37,053 nt of DNA from an uncultured bacterium (GTDB taxonomy: Bacteria > SAR324 > NAC60-12): positions 1 through 37,053 of the forward strand of contig CBFIGY010000031.1 in assembly GCA_965662235.1 (NCBI GenBank), in the 5' to 3' direction. Below are positions 17,121-27,800 of the stretch, in pieces; the first letter of the stretch is position 1; every line of letters begins with the position of its first letter. The position numbers were made by a program, and so were the translations under genes. The notes under the pieces are model-generated. The model was not told the origin of the DNA. It searched no databases and worked only from the letters and a program-made list of their open reading frames with translations.

Positions 17121-18101
17121 ATGGAGTACGTCCGTTTAGGTCAAACTGGCCTGAAGGTTTCCCGGCTGTGCCTGGGATGCATGTCGTTTGGCAAGCCAGA
17201 GGTCGGCTCGCACCCCTGGACCCTCAACGAAGACCAGGCCCGCCCCATCCTCCGGCAGGCCCTGAAGTGTGGCATCAACTTCTTTGATACCGCCAATGTC
17301 TATTCGCTGGGCACAAGTGAAGAAATTGTCGGGAAGGTTCTGCTCGGACTGACCGCCCGGGAAAACCTCGTTTTGGCAACCAAGGTCCACGGACAGATGA
17401 GCCCTGATCCCAACGGTGGCGGACTGTCTCGCAAGGCCATCTTTCAGGAGATTGATGCCAGCCTCAAACGCCTTGGAACCGACTATGTGGACCTGTATCA
17501 GATTCACCGCTGGGACGCAGAGACCCCGATTGAGGAAACGCTGGAGGCGCTGCATGACGTGGTGAAGGCGGGGAAAGCGCGTTACATTGGCGCGTCCTCC
17601 ATGTGGGCCTGGCAGTTCACCAAGGCCCTCTACCTTGCCGATGCCAACGGCTGGACCCGGTTTGTCTCCATGCAGAACCACCTCAACCTCATGTACCGAG
17701 AGGAAGAGCGTGAGATGCTGCCGCTGTGTGAAGCCGAAGGCGTCGCCGTTCTGCCCTGGAGTCCGTTAGCTCGCGGACGCCTGACCCGAGACTGGGAGGC
17801 GTCTTCATCGCGACTCGAATCGGATGACTACGGCAAGCTGCTTTATGGCAAAACGGAGGCTTCCGACCGCCAGGTTGCGGAGCGGGTGGCCGCCTTGGCA
17901 AAGTCCCGGGGCGTCCCTCGCGCGCAGATTGCACTGGCTTGGGTGCTCTCAAAGTCCATGGTGACCGCCCCCATCATCGGCGCCACCAAGCCCCTGCACC
18001 TAGAAGATGCCGTAGCGGCACTGGAGGTTCAGCTGACGCCCGAAGAGCTCACACAGCTGGAAGAGGTCTATGAGCCGCACCCGGTTGTGGGGCACCGGTA
18101 A
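17121..18101 (+). CDS. Aldo/keto reductase
   Basis: LGQTGLKVSRLCLGCM, FFDTANVY, LATK, DLYQIHRWD, RYIGASSM and PWSPLARG. Start placed at ATG 17121. Confidence 0.95.
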   Translation: MEYVRLGQTGLKVSRLCLGCMSFGKPEVGSHPWTLNEDQARPILRQALKCGINFFDTANVYSLGTSEEIVGKVLLGLTARENLVLATKVHGQMSPDPNGGGLSRKAIFQEIDASLKRLGTDYVDLYQIHRWDAETPIEETLEALHDVVKAGKARYIGASSMWAWQFTKALYLADANGWTRFVSMQNHLNLMYREEEREMLPLCEAEGVAVLPWSPLARGRLTRDWEASSSRLESDDYGKLLYGKTEASDRQVAERVAALAKSRGVPRAQIALAWVLSKSMVTAPIIGATKPLHLEDAVAALEVQLTPEELTQLEEVYEPHPVVGHR

Positions 18102-18104
18102 CCT

Positions 18105-18133
18105 TTCGGGAAGGAGCACCTTGCCTTCCCGAA
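18105..18133. terminator. Hairpin between convergent genes, probable bidirectional terminator
   Basis: Perfect 10-bp inverted repeat TTCGGGAAGG...CCTTCCCGAA. Confidence 0.6.
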
Positions 18134-18151
18134 CCTTCCCGCAAAAACCGC

Positions 18152-19003
18152 TTAGCGGGGCGCCCGCAGCTTCTTCAGCACAAACTCCTCAAACGAGTTG
18201 ATCGCCGGAGTGTCATTCCGGTGCTTGAGGAGCGAAACATGGGTGTCATGAAGCGGTGGCAGCCGCTCCCGTGCCAAGGGCGCCAGCTGCTCTGGAATCA
18301 TCGTCCGAGGCAGTACCGTCAGCCCCATTCCTGCCCGGACGGCCGCACAGGTGCCGGCATAGCTCGGACTGGAAAACACCAGCCGCCACTTCTTCCCTGC
18401 CGATTCCAACGCACTCAAGGCCCGAGCCCGGTACACACACGGCTGAGGCGACAGCACCAGCGGTACCAGTTCGTGTGAGTCCAGCACCTCCGGACGCCCC
18501 ACCCACTCCAACGGTTCCGACCACACCTCCTGACCATTTGGGAAGTCCTCCGGACGGTTCATCTTCACCAGCACCAGATCAAATTCCCGGTCCTGAAAAC
18601 GCTGAAAGAGGTTGACCGTCAGGTCACACTCGATGTTCAGCAGCACCCGCGGGTGGCTTCGCGCAAAGTCCACCAGCACCTCAGAGAGGAAGACGCTGGC
18701 AAAGTCTTCCGGAAGCCCAAAGCGCACCTCTCCCTCCAGATCCGGCTCCTTGAAGCGATCCATGGCCTCTCGGTGCAGCAGGAAGATCTGCCGAGCATAC
18801 CCCAAAAACACCTCTCCTTCAGGCGTCAGCGAAAGACGCTTGCCCCGGATCAGCAAGGGCTTTCCCAGCAGCTGCTCCAGCTTCGAGATCTGCTGACTGA
18901 CCGCTGACTGCGTGCGTCCGACCTGCTCCGCAGCCTTGGTAAAGCTTCCCGTCTCAGCCACTGCCAGGAAGCAGTGAAAGGTCACTAGGTCACTCATTAG
19001 CAT
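18152..19003 (-). CDS. LysR family transcriptional regulator
   Basis: HTH FLAVAETGSFTKAAEQVGRTQSAVSQQISKLE and GEVRFGLPEDF. Divergent from dabBA. The start may be 18997. Confidence 0.95.
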   Translation of the reverse strand: MLMSDLVTFHCFLAVAETGSFTKAAEQVGRTQSAVSQQISKLEQLLGKPLLIRGKRLSLTPEGEVFLGYARQIFLLHREAMDRFKEPDLEGEVRFGLPEDFASVFLSEVLVDFARSHPRVLLNIECDLTVNLFQRFQDREFDLVLVKMNRPEDFPNGQEVWSEPLEWVGRPEVLDSHELVPLVLSPQPCVYRARALSALESAGKKWRLVFSSPSYAGTCAAVRAGMGLTVLPRTMIPEQLAPLARERLPPLHDTHVSLLKHRNDTPAINSFEEFVLKKLRAPR

Positions 19004-19010
19004 CTCTGAT
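18996..19010. promoter_or_regulatory. Putative LysR T-N11-A binding site
   Basis: ATTAG-CATCT-CTGAT imperfect palindrome (T18997-N11-A19009) overlapping the lysR start, at the edge of the AT-rich divergent promoter region. Confidence 0.4.
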
Positions 19011-19106
19011 CATAAATATGAAAACTATTAATTTCTCTAAAATTAAAAAACCTTATACACTGGCCTCATCAAATGATGAATTTTAATCAATCAAAAAGAG
19101 GAGTCA

Positions 19107-20459
19107 ATGGCTTTGGAGGAACTGTCTCGTCTGGTGCACCTAGATGCGCTCGGAGGCGTGATGTGGCTGTTGGTCGGTTTCATCGGCCTGATTGTGGGAC
19201 GCTTTGCACGCAAGTACCTGCGTGGGGACCGGAGTCAGCGCCCGTTTTACCGACGCCTCATCGGGTTGATGCTCACAATGGGGGTGCTGGTCATCGCCGA
19301 CCACCTGCTGCTCTTTTGGGGAGCCTGGGTCCTCAGCAACGCGTTGCTGATCCAGCTGATGGTTCCGGATGCTCAGTGGCAAGCAGCCCGGGCTTCTGGA
19401 GTGCTTACGGGCAAGAACTTCCTCATCGGCGCGCTGGCGCTGGCGTTGGGCTTCTTGTTGCTGACCGAGCTGACAGGGGAAACCTCGATTCAGGCGATCC
19501 TGCAGGCTTCTGCGGAGGGAAGCCGCCTCCTTCTGGCTTTGGGACTGCTGGTGCTTGCGGCCTGGACGCAGTCGGCGCTGTGGCCGTTTCACCGCTGGCT
19601 CCTGAGCTCCCTGAACTCCCCCACTCCGGTTTCCGCGCTGATGCACGCGGGCCTCATCAACGGCGGGGGATTTCTGCTGGCGCGCTTTGCTCCGCTTTAC
19701 CTTGAGCGCCCCACGTGGCTGCTGGGGTTGTTTGTCGGAGGCTTGATCACAGCGTGGTTGGGAACCTTCTGGAAGCTTCTGCAGAGTGACGTCAAGCGCA
19801 TGCTGGCGTGCTCCACCATGGGGCAGATGGGCTTCATGATCATGCAGGTTGCCCTTGGACTCTTCCCTGCAGCTGTGGCGCACCTCTTCTGGCACGGCCT
19901 CTTCAAGGCCTACCTGTTTCTTTCCTCCGGCAGCACCGCCCACGAGCAAAAAGCTCCTGCGCCGGTTGCTCGTCCCTTCCGGATTTGGGTTTGGGCTGGA
20001 CTGGGAGGCCTGCTGGCCGCTTTCAGCTTTGCCCAGATGACAGGCAAAACGCTGGCGGCCGACACCACTTTCTTCCTGCTGGTGGTCGCGGGACTCGTCG
20101 GAGTGCAGGTGGCGTTGACTCTGCTGTCTGATCTCCGTGGAATTCGGGTGGCCGGTGCCCTGCTCCTCACCGGAGGACTGGGGGCCGTCTATGGATTGAG
20201 TGTCACCGCCATTGAAACCCTCCTGGCTCCGCTCAACCTGATGCAGCCTCAGCCCCTGCACCCGCTTCACCTCATTGGCCTTGCTGTGCTGATCGGGTCC
20301 TGGTGGGGCGTGCGAGCTCTGGTGAACACCTCAACGCCTCCGGAATGGTACAAGCGTCTTTACCTGTGGGGCCTCAACGCCAGTCAGCCGGCGCCGCCCA
20401 CCATCACGGCCTATCGCCCTCAGTACCGCGCTCACACAAACTCCTTGCTCCGGAACTAA
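19107..20459 (+). CDS. dabB: DabB/MpsA, NuoL-like membrane subunit of an inorganic carbon transporter
   Basis: Multi-TM protein with PFHRWL...PTPVSALMHAG, LACSTMGQMGFM and AHLFWHGLFKAYLFL. Directly upstream of a DUF2309 gene. RBS GAGGAG. Confidence 0.9.
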   Translation: MALEELSRLVHLDALGGVMWLLVGFIGLIVGRFARKYLRGDRSQRPFYRRLIGLMLTMGVLVIADHLLLFWGAWVLSNALLIQLMVPDAQWQAARASGVLTGKNFLIGALALALGFLLLTELTGETSIQAILQASAEGSRLLLALGLLVLAAWTQSALWPFHRWLLSSLNSPTPVSALMHAGLINGGGFLLARFAPLYLERPTWLLGLFVGGLITAWLGTFWKLLQSDVKRMLACSTMGQMGFMIMQVALGLFPAAVAHLFWHGLFKAYLFLSSGSTAHEQKAPAPVARPFRIWVWAGLGGLLAAFSFAQMTGKTLAADTTFFLLVVAGLVGVQVALTLLSDLRGIRVAGALLLTGGLGAVYGLSVTAIETLLAPLNLMQPQPLHPLHLIGLAVLIGSWWGVRALVNTSTPPEWYKRLYLWGLNASQPAPPTITAYRPQYRAHTNSLLRN

Positions 20460-20465
20460 GCTCTC

Positions 20466-22667
20466 ATGAAACAGTTTACTGCCGAAATGCCCTCGGTGGC
20501 CCCTTCAGGGATCACCGAACTGGAAACCGCTCTCACTCGCAGCTGGAAGCGTCTGGCGCCAAGTTGGCCGTTGGCGAATTTGATTGCCGTCAACCCCCTC
20601 CAGGGACTGGAGACGCTGCCGTTTGAAGACGCTCTCCTGCAGGCGGAAGCCCTCTTTGCCAGCCCAGCGCTCCCGGACCCGATGCTGAAGGTCAACCGGG
20701 AGTCGATCAAGTGGTTCCAAGTGTTCTTTGATGAGGGCCAGGCCCTGCTGCCGCTTCCGGAGCGCTCTCGTGGGCTCTATGCCTGCTGGCGCTCGCTGGC
20801 ACCTTGGGATGCTTCCTTGCAGCGTTACGCCTCTGAAACCCGACTTCAGGAGTGGCCACAAACGCCTCAAGCCGCAGTCACCCAAGCCCTGCAAACGCTT
20901 GCCATTCCGAAAGACGAGTGGGAGCGCTTCTTCACCCTGCTGCTCACCACTCTCCCGGGCTGGGCGTCTTACCTGAAGTACCGCGTGGAGTGGGCGCCCG
21001 CAACCGCTTCCTTTGGAGGTCCTGCCACCTTCATGGACTTTCTGGCAGTGCGCCTCAGCCTCACCTGCCTGATGTGGCCAGAGGCGGCCGCCTTGCTGAA
21101 GTGGCACCGGCAGCCCGAGTCTTCAGAGCATCCGGCTTTGGAGCGCATGCGGCGTCAGGAGTCAGCCTATCAGGAAACCCTGCTTCAGCAGTTGCGGTCT
21201 GCCCCTTTGGTTCCGAAAGAGCCTCCGACTGCTCAGCTGGCGTTCTGCATTGACGTCCGCTCAGAACCCTTCCGTCGGGCTCTGGAAAGCTGCGGGGCCT
21301 ATCAGACGTTTGGGGTGGCCGGCTTCTTCGGCGTTCCGGTGCAGTTTCAGCAGAGCCTGTCTGGCGAGCGCACGCCCTCGTGTCCGGTGCTGTTGAAGCC
21401 GCAGCAGGAGGTGCTTCTGCAGCCGCAGGGTTCGCCTGCTCAGCAACAGGAAGTCCAGCGCGGTCAGCAACAGCTACGGACGCTCAAGGAGCTCTATCAG
21501 TCGCTGAAGCAGGCCTTTACCACACCGTTTGCGCTGGCTGAGGCTTTTGGCGGCTGGATGGGAGGCTGGATGGCATTGAAGACCTGGGCGCCTTCGCTGG
21601 CACAGGCATTCCAACGGGGCTGGACCCATGCCGTACGCCCACCGTTGCCCGTGGAACCTGACCTCACAGGGCTTTCCCTCGAGGTTCGCCAGGCGTATGC
21701 CGAGCAGGCCCTCCGCGCAATGGGACTCACTGAAGGCTTTGCTCCGCTTGTCGTCTTCTGTGGGCACCGGAGCACTTCGGTCAACAACCCTCAGGCGGCG
21801 TCCCTCGACTGTGGAGCCTGCGGAGGACGTCCGGGTGGAGAGAACGCTCAGCTTCTGGCGGCCATTCTCAATCAGCCGGAGGTCCGGAGCGCCCTTCAGG
21901 AGCAGGGGCTTTGCATTCCCGACTCCACCTGGTTCCTCGGCGCTGAGCACAACACCACCACTGATGAAATCACGGTGCTGCCTCCATTGGTTCCCGAAGC
22001 TTGGGCGGAGCCGCTGGCTACGCTTCAGAAGGACCTGAAGCAGGCCGGACGCCTCAACCGGCAGGGGCGAGCCGTCCAGCTCGGTACGGATCCGTCTGAA
22101 CTGGACCAGGTCCGGGCGGTGGACTGGTCCGAGGTCTGCCCGGAGTGGGGACTGGCACGCAACGCCGCCTTCCTAGTCGCCCCCCGGGCACTGAGCCAGA
22201 ACCTGAACCTGCAGGGACGGGCGTTTCTGCACTCCTACGACTGGCGGCAGGATGACACGGGGGCCTGGCTAGAGGGCATCCTCACGGCGCCAATGGTCGT
22301 GGCTCAGTGGATCAACACTCAGTACCTCTTTTCCACCCTGCACAACGGTCTGTACGGAAGCGGCAGCAAGGTCACGCAAAACGTCACCGGCAAGCTCGGA
22401 CTGATGCAGGGCAACGCCAGTGACCTGATGCAGGGGCTGGCCCGGCAATCGGTGTTTGTCGACGACGTCCACCCCTACCATGAGCCCCAACGCCTTCTCA
22501 CCGTAGTGGAAGCGCCTCGAGGCTTCATCGACCGCATCCTTGAGCAGCATACCCTGCTGCAGAAGCTTTTTGCCAACGGCTGGGTCCGCTTGGTCTGCCT
22601 TGACCCTGTGGAAGAGCAGTCCTATGAGCTGACCCGGCAGCTGCACTGGCACCCCCTCCCCTCTTGA
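20466..22667 (+). CDS. dabA: DabA/MpsB (DUF2309), beta-carbonic-anhydrase-like subunit
   Basis: WPL..IAVNP, FCIDVRSE, CGH and DCGACGG (Zn ligands), EWGLARNA, FLHSYDW, TAPMVVAQWIN and YHEPQRL. Confidence 0.95.
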   Translation: MKQFTAEMPSVAPSGITELETALTRSWKRLAPSWPLANLIAVNPLQGLETLPFEDALLQAEALFASPALPDPMLKVNRESIKWFQVFFDEGQALLPLPERSRGLYACWRSLAPWDASLQRYASETRLQEWPQTPQAAVTQALQTLAIPKDEWERFFTLLLTTLPGWASYLKYRVEWAPATASFGGPATFMDFLAVRLSLTCLMWPEAAALLKWHRQPESSEHPALERMRRQESAYQETLLQQLRSAPLVPKEPPTAQLAFCIDVRSEPFRRALESCGAYQTFGVAGFFGVPVQFQQSLSGERTPSCPVLLKPQQEVLLQPQGSPAQQQEVQRGQQQLRTLKELYQSLKQAFTTPFALAEAFGGWMGGWMALKTWAPSLAQAFQRGWTHAVRPPLPVEPDLTGLSLEVRQAYAEQALRAMGLTEGFAPLVVFCGHRSTSVNNPQAASLDCGACGGRPGGENAQLLAAILNQPEVRSALQEQGLCIPDSTWFLGAEHNTTTDEITVLPPLVPEAWAEPLATLQKDLKQAGRLNRQGRAVQLGTDPSELDQVRAVDWSEVCPEWGLARNAAFLVAPRALSQNLNLQGRAFLHSYDWRQDDTGAWLEGILTAPMVVAQWINTQYLFSTLHNGLYGSGSKVTQNVTGKLGLMQGNASDLMQGLARQSVFVDDVHPYHEPQRLLTVVEAPRGFIDRILEQHTLLQKLFANGWVRLVCLDPVEEQSYELTRQLHWHPLPS

Positions 22668-22687
22668 CCGAACCGCTCTCCTGAGGC

Positions 22688-23191
22688 CTAAGCCGTCTCA
22701 GGAGGCAACGCCAGCTCAGAGTAGTCCTGTCCCAACCACTCAGACAGAACCTCCACCACCAGCTCATGGTCCTGCCGCTGCGGCAGCCCAGACACCACCA
22801 CTCCGCCAACACACAGTCCATTTTCTAGTTTCAGGGGAAAGCCTCCTCCGGCGGCCGCATAGTCCTCATGGGCTGCAGCCGAACGATCCGGAAGATTGGT
22901 GTCCTTCAGCGTCAGTTGCCGTTGCACCAGGTACGAGCTGCACTGAAAGCGTTGGACCACGTTCAGCTTGCGGCGCATCCACTCCGAATTGTCCGCCGAT
23001 GTCCCCGGAAGTGCAGAAAAGAAGATCTGCTGCCCGTTGAGTTGGAGCCCAATGGCAATCGGCAGGTCCCGTGCCTTGGCCTGCTCCCGGAGGCGGACTC
23101 CGAGCTCCCAGCAGGTGTCAAAATCAATGGTCGGGAAGCGCAGGCGCTGCTCCTGAAGGAGGATCTGTTCAATGTCTTGTTTTGGGTTCAT
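22688..23191 (-). CDS. UPF0303 / GlcG-HbpS-like heme-binding domain protein
   Basis: ALPGTSADNSEWMRRK, YAAAGGGFPL and VSGLPQRQDHELV. Confidence 0.88.
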   Translation of the reverse strand: MNPKQDIEQILLQEQRLRFPTIDFDTCWELGVRLREQAKARDLPIAIGLQLNGQQIFFSALPGTSADNSEWMRRKLNVVQRFQCSSYLVQRQLTLKDTNLPDRSAAAHEDYAAAGGGFPLKLENGLCVGGVVVSGLPQRQDHELVVEVLSEWLGQDYSELALPPETA

Positions 23192-23431
23192 GAAGTCGCT
23201 TTCTGGAGGAATCGATTAAGAGCACCCCTCTCAGGAGATCGGTTGGAGCTTGGTTCCTTCCTGAGAGCGTGACTGGGCGGTCAGCCTACTCAGTTCCTTG
23301 GCAACAGGCAACCGCAGAGTCGCCTCCGGAGGTTTCAGGGCACCTCAGCAAATGCTTGACTGTGCCTCGACCTTCTCCGATGCTGGAAGCCTTTCAAGCA
23401 CCCGCTCAAAAATTTCCTGGAGAACCGTCTC

Positions 23432-24121
23432 ATGACCGCATTCCTGTCCCTATTGGGAGTGGGCTTCCTGCTGGGGCTACGCCATGCCCTCGAGGTTGAC
23501 CACGTTGCCGCTGTGGTGAACCTGACCTCTTCCCTGAAAAGCGTCCGGGCGGCTCTGCGGCATGGGCTCACGTGGGGACTCGGCCACACCGTAACCCTCT
23601 TCCTCTTCAGCCTAGTGGTGCTCCTCATCGACACCGTGGTGCCAGAGCTCCTGGCCCATGGCCTTGAGTTCATCGTTGGGGTCATGCTGGTGTTTCTTGG
23701 AGTGGACACGCTCCGCCGCATCTACCAACAGCGGATTCACCTGCACATCCACACGCACGATGGCGTGGAGCATGCCCACTTTCACTCCCACGCCCACAGT
23801 GACTCGCATGAACACCAGCATGCGCCCCTCTGGCGGACCCTCATTGTCGGGATGATCCACGGCATGGCCGGATCAGCGGCCCTAATCCTCCTGACCCTAG
23901 GCACCGTCCAGTCCTTCTGGCAGGGGCTCTTCTACGTGCTTCTGTTCGGGGTCGGCTCCATGCTGGGAATGGGGCTCCTCTCTGCCGCCCTCACGGTTCC
24001 ACTCCTGATGACAGAGAAACGTCTGGGCGCCCTGCAGCAGGGCCTTCAGGGATTGGTCGGCTGCGGGACGATTTTCCTAGGGGCCGTTGTCATGTTAGAA
24101 AACCTTAACTGGTGGCTCTAG
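23432..24121 (+). CDS. Nickel/cobalt transporter-like membrane protein (UreH/NiCoT family)
   Basis: GLRHALEVDH (HxxxxDH), WGLGHT, His-rich loop HLHIHTH...HAHFHSHAH and GMIHGMAGSA. Confidence 0.9.
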   Translation: MTAFLSLLGVGFLLGLRHALEVDHVAAVVNLTSSLKSVRAALRHGLTWGLGHTVTLFLFSLVVLLIDTVVPELLAHGLEFIVGVMLVFLGVDTLRRIYQQRIHLHIHTHDGVEHAHFHSHAHSDSHEHQHAPLWRTLIVGMIHGMAGSAALILLTLGTVQSFWQGLFYVLLFGVGSMLGMGLLSAALTVPLLMTEKRLGALQQGLQGLVGCGTIFLGAVVMLENLNWWL

Positions 24122-24187
24122 TCGACCAGGACCCTCAAAAGATTGGCTTGCATCCCGTAAGGATTCCGTCTTAAATGGCCGTGATTT

Positions 24188-24727
24188 ATGGCTGATGCCT
24201 GTTCTTCCCCCGACTCTTTTGAACCTGATTGCATGCAGACCCAAAACGCATTGATTGTGGATGACGATCGCGCCATTCTCGAATCGTATCGCTCTGTCCT
24301 CAGCCACGAAATCAATGCCACCCACCTCGCTGTAGCAAGCCTTGCAGAGAGCCTCTTCAGCGAAAGCCCCTCCACTCAGACTCCGGACCTGCTGCTCAAT
24401 GTGACCACGGCCAGCCAGGGGCTTGAGGCGGTCGGAATTGTACGGGAAAACCTGCAAACCGGCATCCGCTTCAGCTGCGCCATCATTGACATGCGCATGC
24501 CTCCTGGCATTGATGGGCTGGAAACCGCCAACCAGATCCTGTCTCTGGATCCTGAGATTGAGATCGTCTTCATTACCGCCTACTCCGACATCCCCTTGGA
24601 AGTTGTCCGGAAGCAGCTGGGTCGCGAACGCATCGAGTTCCTTCAGAAGCCCATCGAAGTCGATACCCTCCTAGACAAGGTCACTCAGCTCGTGCAGCTC
24701 CGACAGCAGGATTCCCTCAACCTGTAG
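24188..24727 (+). CDS. Stand-alone response regulator receiver with an insertion
   Basis: LIVDDD, IIDMRMPPGIDG, FITAYSD and LQKP are all intact. Insertion after helix 1. No kinase nearby. Confidence 0.85.
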   Translation: MADACSSPDSFEPDCMQTQNALIVDDDRAILESYRSVLSHEINATHLAVASLAESLFSESPSTQTPDLLLNVTTASQGLEAVGIVRENLQTGIRFSCAIIDMRMPPGIDGLETANQILSLDPEIEIVFITAYSDIPLEVVRKQLGRERIEFLQKPIEVDTLLDKVTQLVQLRQQDSLNL

Positions 24728-24833
24728 CCGCCCTCCGGATTCCCCACGGGGAACACATGCAGCTTGTACCCCTCCTGGAAGCTTGATAACTTGGGTCGTT
24801 TGAGTTTTTGCTGACTTCCCGATACTGCCCATC

Positions 24834-27800
24834 ATGCAAAGCGTTTCCAATAAAATCCACTTTCCCGACCTTGAGCGGGACCTTCTGACCTTCTGGCGCA
24901 ACGCGAACATCTTCCAGAAGTCCATTGACGAGCGATCTCCGGACAACCCGTTCATCTTCTACGACGGTCCCCCGTTCGCCACCGGACTGCCCCACTACGG
25001 ACACCTCCTCGCCGGCACCATCAAAGACGTCATTCCTCGCTACAAGACCATGCGGAACTTCCGGGTGGAACGACGCTTCGGCTGGGACACCCACGGGCTG
25101 CCGGTGGAGTATGAGATTGAGCAGAAGCTCGAGCTCGCGGGACGTCCGGAAATTGAGAAGTTTGGCGTCGCCCGCTTTAACGAGGAGTGCCGGTCCATCG
25201 TTTTGCGGTACACCAGCGAGTGGCGGGAAACCGTGGAGCGCATGGCCCGCTGGATCGACTTTGATAATGATTACAAGACCATGGATCGAGACTTCATGGA
25301 GTCGGTCTGGTGGGTATTCAAGCAGCTTTGGGACAAGGGACTCATCTACGAAGGGGTCAAGGTCGTTCCGTATTCGTGGCGCATCGGCACCCCGCTTTCC
25401 AACTTTGAGGCCAACCTCAACTACCAGGAGGTGCAGGATCCCTCGGTGACCATCCGGTTCAAGGTCACGGGCGAGTCCGACCTCTGGCTCCTTGCCTGGA
25501 CCACCACTCCCTGGACCCTTCCCTCAAACCTCGCTCTCTGTGCGCATCCGGACTTCCGGTACGTTGAGGTTCGGAATCCGGAAGACGGTCAACGCTACCT
25601 CCTCGCTGAAGCACGGCAGGCGTCCTACTTTGAAGGCGCTGAAGTCCTCCGCACCTGGCAGGGCCGAGAGCTGGAGGGCATGCGCTACGAGCCGCTCTTC
25701 GACTTTGCCGAGCAGAAGGTCAGCCTCGACCAGGCCTTTCAGGTGCTAACGGATGAGTACGTCACCGACGAGTCTGGAACCGGACTGGTCCACCAGGCTC
25801 CTGCGTTTGGAGAAGACGACCTGCGCGTCTGCCAGCGCTACGGCATCCCGGTCTTTGACCCGGTTGATGAGAATGGAAACTTCCAGGACTTCATGGGCTT
25901 CCTGGCCGGCCTCAACATCAAGGAAGCCGACCGGCCCATCCAGCGGGAGCTGAAGGAACGCGAGCGGCTCTTCCGGCAAGAGGTGCTGCAGCACAGCTAC
26001 CCCTTCTGCTGGCGAACCGACACCCCACTGATCTACAAGGCAATCTCGACCTGGTTTGTCAAGGTGGAGTCCTTCCGGGACCGCATGGTTGCCCACAACA
26101 AAACCGTCCACTGGGTTCCGGGACACATCCGCGACGGACGCTTTGGCAAGTGGTTGGAAAATGCCCGGGACTGGGCCATCAGCCGCAACCGCTTCTGGGG
26201 CACCCCGTTGCCCATCTGGAAAAGCGACGACGGCGACATCCTCTGCTTCGGCAGCGTTCAGGAGCTGGAGGAAGCCACCGGCACCGCCATCCCAGACCTG
26301 CACAAGCACCATGTTGACAGCCTCGTCATTGAGAAAGACGGCAAGACCTACCGCCGCATTTCCGAGGTTCTGGACTGCTGGTTTGAATCCGGATCCATGC
26401 CCTATGCTCAGCAGCACTACCCATTTGAAAACAAGGAAGGCTTTGAGGCCGGGTTTCCAGCCAACTTCATCTGTGAGGGCCTCGACCAAACCCGCGGCTG
26501 GTTCTACACCCTCGCCGTCCTGGGCACCGCTCTCTTTGATGCCCCGGCGTTTCAGAACTGCATCGTCAATGGTCTGATCCTCGCGGAGGATGGGAAGAAG
26601 ATGAGCAAGCGGCTCAAGAACTACCCGGACCCCACTGAGATGCTCGATCAGTATGGCGCAGATGCCATCCGGCTGTACATGCTCAACAGCCCAGCCGTCC
26701 GGGGCGAGGACCTGCGTTTCAGCGAGAAGGGGCTCATTGAGACCACCCGACAGCTTCTGCTGCCGCTGTGGAACGCGCTGGCCTTCCTCACCACCTACGC
26801 CCGCATTGACGGCTGGGAGCCCACCCCGGAAAACCGGGAGGTGCCGGCAGAGAACCCACTCGACCGTTGGATCCTCTCTCGCCTCCACCGCCTCATTGCT
26901 GAAGTGTCCACGCAGATGGACGCCTATGACCTGAACCGGTCCGTTGCCCCGTTTGTCGGCTTCATCGACCTGCTCACCAACTGGTACATCCGCCGCAGCC
27001 GCCGCCGCTTCTGGAAAGCTGGACAGGGGGAAGACAAGCGCCAAGCCTATGCAACCCTGTACCGAGTGCTGAAGGAGTTCAGCAAAGTCATTGCCCCCTT
27101 CATCCCCTACATTGCTGAGGGCATCTACCGGACACTTCGCCAGGAGACGGAGCCAGAAAGCGTTCACCTGACGCTGTTTCCGGAAGCGCAGCCGGCCCTT
27201 CGGGACGAGCAACTGGAAGCCCAGATGGACGTGGTCCTCTCAGCCGTCACCATGGGACGAGCCCTGCGGGCCAAGCACCAGCTCAAGGTTCGCCAGCCGC
27301 TGCCTCGCCTCACCCTCATCACCCGAGATCCGGACGCCCAGCAGGTGCTGTCCACGCTAGGCGAACTGATCACTGATGAGCTCAACATCAAGCAGCTTGA
27401 AGTGACTCCGGACGAGCAGGGACTCGTGCACCTCAGTGCCAAAGCCAACTTCAAGACCCTTGGACCTCGGCTGGGCAAGCAAATGAAGGGGGCCGCCCAA
27501 GCGATTGCAGCCCTGACGCCTGAAGCCATTCAGCAGGTCCTTAACGGAGACTCCGTGACGGTTGACCTCGACGGCACAGCCATGACCTTTGCCCCGGAGG
27601 ACATCCTCATTCAGCGCCAGCAAAAGGAAGGGCTGTTGGTGGAAACCGACGCCCTCCTGACCGTGGCCTTGGACACGGAGCTGACTCCGGAGTTGCTCCA
27701 GGAAGGACTGGTCCGCGAGTTTGTCAACAAGGTGCAGAACATGCGCAAGGACCAGGACCTTGATGTCATGGACCGCATCACCGTCCGGTACCACGCCTCA

